This document shows, piece after piece, positions 28,909-41,800 of a stretch of 64,000 nucleotides of DNA (the stretch's first letter is position 1; each line of letters begins with the position of its first letter). A model generated the notes under the pieces. The model saw nothing but the letters and a program-made list of their open reading frames with translations. It ran no database searches and was not told the DNA's origin. Position numbers and translations under genes: made by a program. Location: positions 15,190,001 through 15,254,000 of the forward strand of contig NC_043025.1 in the NCBI RefSeq assembly GCF_006345805.1. Reading direction: 5' to 3'. The DNA comes from Octopus sinensis (taxonomy: Eukaryota).

Positions 28909-29811
28909 ACACCACACACACAGACACAACACACACACACACACACAGACCACACACCCACAGACACACACCACACACACACACACAACACACACAACAC
29001 ACACACAGACACACACAACACACAGACACACACACACACACCACACACACAGACACACACACACACACACACACACACCATCATCATCATCATCATCATT
29101 GTTTAATGTCCGTTTTCCGCGCTAGCACGGGTTGGACGGTTCGACCGGGGTCTGGGAAGCCAGGAGGCTGCACCAGGCTCCAGTCTGATCTGGCAGTGTT
29201 TCTACAGCTGGATGCCCTTCCTGACGCCAACCACTCCGCGAGTGTAGTGGGTGCTTTTTACATGCCACCGGCACAGGTGCCAGGGGAGTCTGGCATCGGC
29301 CACTATCGGTTGGTGCTTTTAATGTGCCACCGGCACGGAAGCCAGCCAAGTCGGCGCTGGCATCGGCCACGTTCGGATGGTGCTTTTTATGTACCATATA
29401 TATATATAAGTTCAGCAAAATTTAGATTCAAATGAATATGATAGTTAAGTCAGAGGCACCAGAATTTTGTATGGTGTTATCCATATAAATCCATGGGGTG
29501 ATTATAATCAAAATAAGCAACAAGAATAACTTCGGTAATTTGGTACAATCGTTTCATGCTACTTCATTTTATTAATAAAATGAAGTAGCATGAAACGATT
29601 GTACCAAATTACCTAGGATATACTTGTTGCTTATTTTGATTTTATATGTATATATATATATACATATATAAAAGAATGGAGTTGAAAGACGAATTAACAA
29701 AATTCCTTTATTTTCGACATATGTTTCGAAAATATATGTATATATATATATATACATACATACATACATACACCCATCTAAACATACATATAAACACGTA
29801 CATATACATGC

Positions 29812-29844
<33 letters not shown>

Positions 29845-32800
29845 TAAGTACATGTGTGTATATATATCCACACACACCCACACACAATATACCTACTGTA
29901 AGTTGCACTTTTTAGTGTTAAATCTTGTGTAAAATTTTCAACTTTGCCCTGTGATGTATAAGTCACAGCAACCTGGGATTTTCTTTTTACCTGATAAAAT
30001 CAACAATAAAATTGTGTAACTTACACGTGAGTAAATAGTGTGCGATGATGGCCTAACTGGCTGAAACTTCAAAGTCACTATCAATACCGTTCTTGTTAAA
30101 GAATAATAAATCTACTCTACCAAATGTATTGAGTAATCTTTTAGTTTAATGTAAAATTGTTCAAGCATACCATGTGGTATGCTTGGACAATTGTGAAGAT
30201 CTTTACATATGAAATCATTGGTTGCCCTGTTAACCCACAAATAAAGAATACACACACACACATGTATTAGTGAAGAATGGAGTTACTGTTATTACATTTA
30301 TTCCCATGATTTCCTCCTTTCTCAGCAACATGTGGTTGTGGATTACAAACTGAACATCATGTATAGACGTGGATGAGAACATCATCATCATCGTTTAGCG
30401 TCCGCTTTCCATGCTAGCATGGGTTGGACGGTGCAACTGGGGTCTGGGAAGCCAGAAGGCTGCACCAGGCTGCAGTCTGATCTGGCAATGTTTCTATGGC
30501 TGGATGCCCTTCCTAATGCCAACCACTCCGTGAGTGTAGTGGGTGCTTTTTATGTGCCAGACGAGGCTGGCAAATGGCCACGATCGGATGGTGCTTTTTA
30601 TGTGCCACCGGCACGGAAGCCAGTCAGGGCAGCGCTGGCAATGGCCACGTTCGGATGGTTCTCTTATGTGCCACTGGCACTATAATATAGTTATGTCTAC
30701 CATGTAATATATATATATATCGCATAGATATTACAGTCCTGTAATCGTAGCCCAATATAAAAACAATATAATTCATGTCTCTAAAAACTTTCTTCTTCTT
30801 CTTGTCATTGTTTTCCTTAGTTCTGTTTCCCTTCTCTAAGGTGCCATACTCGGAACGTTTCATGAAAGCGGTGCCGGTGTCTTTTGGGCGACCACATCTA
30901 AACTTCCACTTCAAGGAAATGCTATTATTTGCTGGAAGTTTCTCCATGTCCTGCACAAGCTGCTCCGGGAAGGACATGCTAATGTAAGTTGCACTTTATC
31001 TCTAAGTGTGTGTGTGTTGCTGTTTGTTTTGTTTTTTGTTTTTAAATGCCTGGGTGAGCTCCGATCAGGTACATCTGTGATGACGGGTTTCCCAGTCATC
31101 TTCTCCATGTCTTTTGGTGTGTGGCTCAGAAGCTTGCTTTCAACCACCAAGTTTTAGGTTCTCTCCCCCTATGTGGCACCCTGCGCAATTCTCTCCTATT
31201 CTAACTGACTGTCGGTCAGTCAACACCTTGGGAGTGATTCTTTTGATCTGATGACCAAACTTATCTGTATTGATTCATAAATTATACAATTTATATTATA
31301 TATGCTAGTACAGACATGTAAAGGATTTATTATTTATCATCTCTCTATATATAAACGGCAAAATGTGTGTGTGTGTGTGTGTCCTTTATACAAATCCACA
31401 ATTTTTCAGTTAGAAGGCTCGCACTTTCTGTGGTCATTCAAAACCGTCCAAGGGTGGTCATGCACATCTTCACATTTCCCCAGTCACCCAACAAAGCCAT
31501 TAAAAAAATCAATAGAAGTGACTTTTTTGTGAATTTTCTATCCAAAACCCAATCAAAATGCCCAGAACTTGATATGCCAATTGAATGCCAGCTAGCTGTA
31601 TGTGACTAGTCAGAGATTTGGACAGTACTCGTGTGTATGTGCGCATGCACGCAGCTGTATATGCATGCACTAGCACTATGACCCGGCGTTGCCAGGTCAT
31701 AGTGCTAGTAAGGTAACATAAAATTATTCATACATGTTAGTAAGCTTTTGAAGCAGTTGTAGTTGAATGGATATAAAAATGGTCACCTCAATCCTCCTCC
31801 TCCTCCTCCTCGTACACATCTTCTCTTTATACATACCTTTTACACTCCTAATGTTTTTCTACTGGGTTGGACTATACATCCTATGGGATTAGTAACCTGA
31901 TACATCAGAGAACATTCTTATGAGTACCACCCATAGATTGTGAATTGAATATATATTTGTATATATATTGGTGCTGGCATGGCTGTGTGGTAAGAAGTTG
32001 CTTCCACATGGTTCCAGGTTCAATCCCACTGCATAACACCTTGGCCAAGATAGCCATGGGCTGACCAAAACGTTGTGAGTGCATTTGGTAGACGGAAACT
32101 GGTGCCACATAAACAACATCCAGTCCACTCTGTAAAGTATTTGGCATTTGGAAGGGCATCCAGCCATAAAAACTATGCCGAAGCAGATCTCACGTAAAAA
32201 GCATCCAGGCCATTCTATAAAGTGGTTGGCATTAGGAAGATTGACCAGCTGTAAATACCATGCCGAAGGTTACAGTGGAGTTTGGTGCAGTCCTCTGGCT
32301 TACCAGTTCCTCTAAAACCATCCACTCTATGCCAACATAGAAGATGGACATAAATGATGATGGTATAAAGTCATTTCCCTGCAAACATTAAACTGTTCCT
32401 TGAACCCAGTTTAGGTTTGTGTGATTTCCTGTTGAGATCTTTTTTTTACAGCCTGGTGCTCTTCCTGTCCTCAACCCTTAGCAAAGGATCTTTACTCCTG
32501 ATAACTTCAAAAGCATGAAGCTTGTGAATAAAAAAGCTTGACATAAAATAACAACAACATCACTGTTTGGCGCTTGGGTGCCTGTTCATGTGAAGTGTGC
32601 AGGCTGTAAAGCTTTTCACAGACGTATGTGTGCATACAGCCACATGCACTCATGCACAGATGTGTCTATGTTTGAGTATGTGGTAATAAAGGTCTTCCGA
32701 GAAGAAACCCACCTCTGGCAAGTGTTTTGGCCCTTAACTCCTTACAGAGGGCCGGGCTGCATCCAGGTCATGATTGCTGGCTACACTTCTGCTGACACTT

Positions 32801-35800
32801 TTAAGTCTCCTCAATATCGGAGATTTATGCATTTAAACTGCTTGGAGATACCATCTTGTTGGAACTTGCCCAAGGTGCCATGCAGTGGGAATGAACTCCG
32901 AGCCACATGGTTAGGAATCAAACCTCTTCATCACACAGCCACACTTGTGTGTGTGTGTGTGTTATTTAACATCCGTGTTTTCTTGCTAACATTACCTTTT
33001 TTGGACATAACGAGATCAAACGCACCTGCTCTCCCCATCTATTGTCCACCCACTTTTCAAGCTTCAAAACTTCCTTCTGAAATTCAAAAGGTAATTCTAC
33101 AATAACTGCTAATACCACCACCACCACCACCACCACCACCCCTACAATCACCGTCGCTCCCGCCCCCACCCCTCCCCCCTGAAATTTCACAGCTGTCATT
33201 GTTTCGCCTCCTCTTTATCAAACGTCAACTTTGTTTCCTGTTAATCTTTTCAGCCTTTCACACATGAACTTTGCTGCACATGCACCCCTCTCCCCCCTTG
33301 CTTTTAAATTGTTTCACACCTGACCTGTAATAAATTTAGTCACAGTCACCCCTATATTTCCCTCCTGGCTAAACCCTGAGACACACTTATACAGACACAA
33401 GGCCAGAGCTTTTGTGGGGAAGGGGTTGGTTGACAGCATTAGCCCCAATGCTCAACTCATATCTTGTTTTTATTGACCCCAAAAGGATGAAAGGCAAAGT
33501 TGATCTCAGTGGAATTTGAACTCAGAACGTAGTGGCAGACGAAATACCACTAAGCGTTTCATCCAGCATGCTAACGTTTCTGCCAGCTCTCTGCCTTCAA
33601 TAACAGCAATAATAATAATAATAATGATGATGATAATGACAATAATAATAATAATGATAATGACAATAATAATAATAATGATAATGACAATAATAGTAAT
33701 AATAATAATAATGACAATAATAATAATAATGACAATAATAATAATAATGATAATGATAATAATGATAATGACAATAATAATAATGATAATTATAATAATA
33801 ATGATAATAATAATAATAATGACAATAATAATAATAATAATAATAATGACAATAATAATAATGATAATGACAATAATAATAATAATGATAATAATAATAA
33901 TAATGAGAAGAGCATTGTCGATGTGAGAGCTGTTGCTGCTCATGTATTTTAATTTAACGTAAAAAAAAAAAAAAAATGAACGAACTATTGAGTTTGGTTT
34001 AATGGCCTACCAATATATACTATAAGTTTCTTTGCCCTAGGAGTCGGGAAGACACTCGGCAAGAAATGGAAGCAAATTTGAAAGAAGAAAAAAAAAAGTA
34101 ATAATAATGACAATAATAATAATGATAATGACAATAATAATGATAATGATAATAATAATGACAATAATAATAATAACAACAACAACAACATCAACAATAT
34201 CCTTTCTACAATAGGCATAAAACTTGAAATATGGCGAGGCAGGATGGTTGATTACATTGACCCGGGTGCTTGACTGGTACTTATTTTATCAACCCCCGAA
34301 AGAATGAAAGGCAAGGTCGACTCCATGAGTGTAGTGGGTGCTTTTTACGTGCCACCTGCACAGGTGCCGGGCGAGGCTGGCAACGGCCACGATCGGTTGG
34401 TGCTTTTAACATGCCACCGGCACGGAAGCCAGTCAAGGTGGCACTGGCATCGGCCATGTTCGGATGGTGCTTTTTACGTGCCACTGACACAGAAACCAGT
34501 CGAGTGAGGAAATATTAACTGACATGGAAACAAGTGAGGGTTTGAGACAGGAAGAGGATCCAGTCAGAGAGAATTCAACTCATTTAACTCTGACCCGTCC
34601 AAGATCCTTATAGATTATCATTCTCTCTAAAATTTGAGGGGCTATGTAGAACCTTCCCTGCCTTTTCCCTTTCTTGCCTACCCTATCCCTCATCTAGCAT
34701 AAAGCTTCCCCTATCTTGGGCTTCGTAGTCTTGTGAGGTACATGGCACCCCCACTGGTGTTGGTGCCACATAAAAAGCACCCAGTTTGCTCTGTAAAGTG
34801 GTTGGCATTAGGAAGGGGATTCAGCTGTGGAATCCAATCCCGAACTGATACTGGAGCACTATGCAGCCCTTTGTCCCATAAGACCCTGTTAAACTGCCCA
34901 ACCCACGCCAGCAATGAACATGGAAAATTGAATGATGAAGATGAGGACGTCTGTCTTTCACTTGCTTCAGTCATTGGAGTTTTTTTATGGCCATGCTGGG
35001 GCCGAACCTTGAAGGTTTTTAATCAAACAAATCAATCCCAGGACTTACTTTTTTGAAACCTGGCCCTGGTTCTATCAATCTCTTATTTCCAGGCCCCTAA
35101 GTTACTAACGCTAGTTGTCAAGTGACTGGGGTACATATACATGCACACATGATGGGCTTCTTTCAGTTTCTGTCTACCAAATGCACTCACAAGGCTTTGG
35201 TCAGCCTGCGGCTGTAGTAGAAGACACTTGCCCAAGGTGCCATGCAGTGGGACTGAACTTGGAATCGCGTGGTTGGGAAGCAAGCTTCTTATCACCTGGT
35301 CACACCTGATATATATACACACACGCACACACACACACATATTTACATGAGAAGTCACATCTCCCACAATGTATCACTTCAATGTCATAGTCATGACTAC
35401 TTACAATATAAGATGTTAAGCTGGGTTTATCCATTAATCTCTTTATCTGCAGTGTGTGTGTGGCATCATAGGGGAGGGGTGTGATTTGTTGTTGTTGGAC
35501 AGGTGGGGGGGGTTGTAAACCGGGTTTGTTGTTGTTTAGCTCCAGGTCAGCCTTAGTCTGGCAAGATTTAGATGAGTCGTTCCTGCCTTGTCCGTTCTGT
35601 CTTCTGCCTCTGGCACAGTTCACCTAGAGCTACATTATTCAATGAGTCCTGTGTTTTTTGATTTGAGCCATGACCACCACCACCACCAGTTTGGCCAAAA
35701 AGACCAACGGAACAAGTATTAGGCTTTATATTGGGTCATCCCATAAATAATAATTTTTATACTTCTGTTTTTCAAAATTAAGATAAAGCTCTTTTTTAAT

Positions 35801-38800
35801 CTAAAATATACTCTCCTTCATTTTCTGCAATGCTCTTCCATTTATCTGGTAGACCTGAAAGGCCCCTCTTCTAAAATTCACTTGTCCTTGATGAAAAATA
35901 CTTTGCCAGTTCTGTCCTGACCTTGTCTACAGAATTCATATTCTTTCTGTCCAAATGATTTTGAGACTTCAAATTAAATGATAATCAGATGGGGCAGTGA
36001 CTGGCGAATATGGTGGGTGGTGCATCGTTTCCCATTCAAACTGCTCCGCCTTTGAAACGTTATCCTCACTGTGTGTGGCCGAGCATTATCCTGATGGAAG
36101 AACACCTTTCATCTTGAAAATAAAGATGGTCGTTTTCTGATGGCACACAGGCGTCGATAAATGGTTGAATGACCAAATCCAAGATTCTCTGCTTGTTCCT
36201 CAACAGTTATGATGGGATTTTGTTCAACCAGAGTTTACAGGATGTTTTCGTTGTTCTACAGATCTTCCAGGACGAGGCTCATCTTCTGGGCTGTAGTCTC
36301 TGGAACCACCGTTGACACTCGCTTAACACTTATTGTCCGATCCTCATATCACTGAAACAAATATGAAGATCAGAGATAGTCCAGTGATTTAAGCCACAAC
36401 GAGACAAACCCAAAAGACAATTCCATTTAAAGTTAATATTTTTTTCTCTCTTTTTTAGGTTATTTTGGATTCCCAGAAATACATTTCCTTGTTGAAGGAC
36501 ATTGGAAAATTATGGGTAAGTTCCATGTGTGTGTGTGTGTGTGTGTGATCTGCATTCATCATTGCTGTCATAATTTTCATGATGCATGTTTATATATATA
36601 TTTTGTTAAATAATTAGGTAATTAGATATTGACTATAACTGAGATTAGGTTATTCGTGAGTTTATTATGTTTTTTTAAAGCCATATTATATCTGAATAGA
36701 TAAATACATTTTCTATCTATTCTTACCTTAAGAATTAATATTTAACATTATAATTGGATTGTATGACATAATCCTAATCATTAAAGTTTCTAGTCTGATA
36801 ATAGATTTTTTATAAGAAAAATTATTATTTTATTTATTTCTTAAAAAATATTGTTTAAATATATTTGCTTATTTATTTAACTATTATCATTAACCTGAAG
36901 ATTGACTATAATTATAATTCAAATTTATAATTGAATTTAAATTATTGTAATTCGAATTAGGTTGTGGCCATGAAACGTACGTAGTGGTTTTACTTTTCTT
37001 ATATTAAACTTTTTAATACTTTTTGATAGTTATATTAAGAAAAAAATATATAAATATAAATTAATAATTTTAAATTTTATATATTTTGTAAATTATATTA
37101 ATTATTTTTATTTTTTGGTTTGTTTTTCACTGTTTGATTTGCCTAATAGTGGTTTTATCTCTAATTTAATTTAATATATATATAGTGTGTCTTGTATACA
37201 CGCACACTATGTATAATATATTTATATATAATGTACACACACATTTGTGAATGTATATATTTGCATATGACTCTGTGTGTGTATGTATGTATATATAATG
37301 TTTATTTCTGTGTGTATGTGTGTGTGTCTACAGTGTTAGTTCACTGGTACAAACTGGTATACGCTAGTTCATGCTGATAATACTGTAATGATGGTGGGTG
37401 GGAAGGAGTGGGGGTATGGGGTTGTGATTAGATCCAGCTGGAAAGGACACACAGACAATCTTGTTGGTACCAACAGTGTGGCTGCTAACGGATCAATTGG
37501 CAGGCTAGAAATAGCAGCCAAATAGCTCTTTAATACATGGACACAATAAAAATAATGAAATGATTGTGTATAATGCTCAGGTGCACTACAACTCATCAAA
37601 GGTGCATATACAGTGCATAGAATTATGCACATAGGTCAGGAAAGTGAACAGTGTATAAGTAATGATATACATGTATGCATGCATGTGGAGCGTGGGGTGG
37701 ATATCGGGTGGAGTGTTGGTGGATTCCAGGAAGCATGGAGGTATTCAAGGAGGCAATGTCTCGGCAACTAACAACTGATGCAGGTAGTTTGTAGGTAGGT
37801 AGGTTGTACCTATGATCTCTTTGTCTGTCTGTACCTGTCTTATATATATCACAAATATGTACCTATAACACTTTATATGAAAATTTGTGTGTATGTATGT
37901 ATATTTACACACATGCACACACACCTGCATTTATCTACAAATCTATGTGCTTCTGTATATAGGTATGTATGTATGCATGCATATGTATATATATTTTTTA
38001 TACACACACACTCATGCATCTAGTTATCACCATATATATTTCTTTACTACCTACAAGGGGCTAAACAAGCACAGACAAAGGGGTTAAGTCGATTATATCG
38101 ACCCAGTGCGTAACTGGTACTTAATTTATCGACCCCGAAAGGATGAAAGGCAAAGTCAACCTTGGCAGAATTTGAACTCAGAACGTAGCGGCAGACGAAA
38201 AAAGTCTTCTCAGTCGTGACAATTTGCTTAATTTTGATCACTCAATTATGATCACTCACTTGTGTGTGTGTGTGTGTGTATGATTTTTAATGAACTTTTG
38301 ACGAATTCTTTCTGTATATATGCTTATAAACAATTGTGATTTCTGGGAAACTTATAAACAATTTCGTTTTTGGATTTGGTTTGCAAGATTCTTTATATGA
38401 GTTAGTGTGTTGAAGTATATTCTGTTGTGTCTGGGGAGAGTCATTCTCTTTTAGTGCCTTATTATTTAACACACTCACCGGTAAAATTTCCACTTATTTC
38501 ATATTTTTATTTTCCTAAAATTTTCGTTGCGTCTTGCAACCTTTTCAAGTGTCAAGACTATTAAAAAGGTTGCAAGATGCAACGAAATTTTTAGGAAATA
38601 AAAATAAGAAATAAGTGGAAATTTTACTGGTGAGTGTGTTAAATTATAAGGCACCAAAAGAGAATGACTTTCCCCACACACAACAGAATTATAAACAATT
38701 ACAATCTTATTTTGCTGCCTGTTTTGAACACTTCTATGTAAACTGTTTCTACACAAATCTTCTCTTAACATTGGACTTTCCATTGCCAAAGGCTCTATCA

Positions 38801-41800
38801 CTGCATTTTAATACATCTCTGTTAACTAATCTTTAATACTACAAAGGCTACACAAAGCCTTGCACTTTACTTTTGAAAATCAATTTTTGAAAAAAGTGAA
38901 ACCGGTTAAGTTAGACATCTTTAAAAGACCTCTGCATTTTCAAATCCTCTTCCTGACATATATGTATGTATGTATGGATATATATATACACCCATATGGG
39001 TCAAAGGATAGCAGGATTCCTAAGCAGATGCTCTATGGAGAACTTGTGAATGGAAGGAGACTCCAGCAGAAACCAAGGCTGCGATTTAAGGACTGTGTCA
39101 AGTCCTCATTAAAGGCCTGTGATATGCAGGACACTGACTGGGAGAACAATGCCTGTCATTGCCACAGATGGAGGAAGCAGGTTAAGGAGGGGATCGACAC
39201 TTTTGAGAGAGCACGTATCCAGCATGAAGAATTAAGCGAGCTGCGCGAAAGCGCACGGCTCGTATAGTGAATGGGGAAAGCTTGGTCTGCAATGTTTGCA
39301 GTCGTGTATGCTTGTCAAGAGCAGGTCTGTTCAGCCACCAATGGAGCTGCAAATGCAAAATATAAGTTAGTCCTAGAGCGCACAATGTTCCTGAAGGTCA
39401 GCAATGGTCTTCCTCGGTCACGGGTGGACGGCCATCATACACCCATATACTTTATATCCAGCCATTCACACATATTCTGCAGGGTGGTTGGTTTTAGGAA
39501 GGGCATCCAACCAGATGTGTCTATATTGTCCCCACTTGAAAAGCAGTGACATTTAACTTGTACCCTGTGACCCAGTATGTCCTGTAACTCAGGGATTTTT
39601 GTCAGTTTCAGTGAATGAAAGACATGTGGTGTAGGGTTTAGCGACATCAAGGTCCATCGTACCCCCTCCCCACCCACCCACCCAGCCTAACTTCTGCCTC
39701 CTCTTTATTTCTCGTTCAACTCATGCCAGCATGGTAAAGCAGACATTAAACTGACGATGTATTTGATTCTATATTTTGTTCTTTGCCTCCTCCAGGGTCA
39801 CCTAAAGGATGGATACGGTCGGCTGATAGCTGCGTATACGAAGCTTCTAATTCAGAAACTCTCTTTCCACAAAAAGGTATCTAACAAACCTCATTTATCT
39901 TTAGCCCTATTATGTCAACACTTATCCTCTCTGTTTATCTATTCTGTCTGTTTGTCTCTCTCTCTTTCTCTCTCTCTCTTTCTTTCCCTCTCTCTTTCTT
40001 TCTTTCTCTCTCTTTCTTTCTCTCTCTCTTTCTCTCCCCCTCTCTTTCTCTCCCCCTCTCTCTCTTTCTCCCCCCCTCTCTCTCATTGCACATAGAATTA
40101 TTTGTTGTTCCCTAACTTATAAAAGCTCTGATCAAAAAGTATCGGGAATGGTGCTATAAAAAGAAAACAACCAAACATCTCAATTTGGCATTTAATCTCC
40201 TTCAAAGTAGACCCTTTTTGAAGCCATACCTTTTATCCAGGATCACACAGTGACAATGGTTGTATAACATTCCTTCAGAAGGACAAGTTTGTATCTCATA
40301 AAACCCTCTACACAAGAAAGAAACTATATCAATGTGATATCAATTGTAAGCCTTTCATTTGAAATGATCCATTAACGAATCAAAAGAGCATTGACAGAGG
40401 AAGGAAAACATAGCAGTGCTTAATCATTCTATGAAAATGGAGAATTCTACACAGTCCTATTAATATGAAAGATAAAACCATACCCTAAGACATTTGTGCT
40501 AAGTCAATCTATGAAAATGATCAATTATTAAAACATAACTGCATTCATACAGAAGAGGAACCATAACACTACAATGATGATAATCATCATCATTTAAAAT
40601 TCACTTTTCCATGCTTCAATGGATCAGATGGAATTCATTGATGGAGATTTTCCTGAGCTGGGTACCCTTTCTTGTCACCAATCCTCACCTGTTTCCAAGC
40701 AAGGAAATACTTTCCCTGGTGAGACATATTTTACACAGAAGACTGGAAATGAAGAACTGCACAAGTATGCCAGTCATGATGGCCATTTACGGACATCACA
40801 TAATATCTGGACAAGGGTACACACACACACTCACACACATGTATATATGTATATATGAAGAATTTCTTATAGGAGATATTTTACATGTTTTCTCTTTGTC
40901 TAAAAGTTTGTAATTCCTATTAGGTAATGAAACACATGTAATGCTGCATAAATACTATTAAACTGTTTTCCAGTCTCCTTATGTGATATGTAATTACTCT
41001 GCAAAAAATATTATCCATGCCTCAGACAAAAATAATATTTATGTATATCGCCATTCCCGCCCGTTTCTCTAAAGTTCAACCTTCGCATATTCCCTTTAAT
41101 TCGATCTCCACCATTCACTATCATTTCTTCCCCTGACTTACAGCGATGTCCATAAGCAAGCTAAGATTTCTCCCTTCTTTTTCATACATACATACATTTG
41201 TCTACTGTTTAAATGTTTTGAACTTATAACCACCAATCTGCTTTGCTTTCCTTTTCTTTCTACATGCCACCCTAAAAACATTGCCATTCCCGCCCGTTTC
41301 TCTAAAGTTCAACCTTCGCATATTCCCTTTAATTCGATCTCCACCATTCACTATCATTTCTTCCCCTGACTTACAGCGATGTCCATAAGCAAGCTAAGAT
41401 TTCTCCCTTCTTTTTCATACATACATACATTTGTCTACCGTTTAAATGTTTTGAACTTATAACCACCAATCTGCTTTGCTTTCCTTTTCTTTCTACATGC
41501 CACCCTAAAAACATTGCCATTCCCGCCCGTTTCTCTAAAGTTCAACCTTCGCATATTCCCTTTAATTCGATCTCCACCATTCACTATCATTTCTTCCCCT
41601 GACTTACAGCGATGTCCATAAGCAAGCTAAGATTTCTCCCTTCTTTTTCATACATACATACATTTGTCTACCGTTTAAATGTTTTGAACTTATAACCACC
41701 AATCTGCTTTGCTTTCCTTTTCTTTCTACATGCCACCCTAAAAACATTGCCATTCCCGCCCGTTTCTCTAAAGTTCAACCTTCGCATATTCCCTTTAATT

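Larger units (their letters stand above)
28742..30840 (+). promoter_or_regulatory. Probable U12-type (minor spliceosome) GT-AG intron 2
   Basis: 5' site GTATCCTTT (28742-28750) matches the U12 consensus RTATCCTTT exactly. A branch-like TTCCTTAGT lies at 30813-30821, about 20 nt before the acceptor. Confidence 0.85.

Noticed and set aside
39877-39885. Intron 5 donor GTATCTAAC as a second U12 site
   Set aside because: It lacks the CC at +5/+6 and the following T run, and I saw no U12 branch site before 44232.
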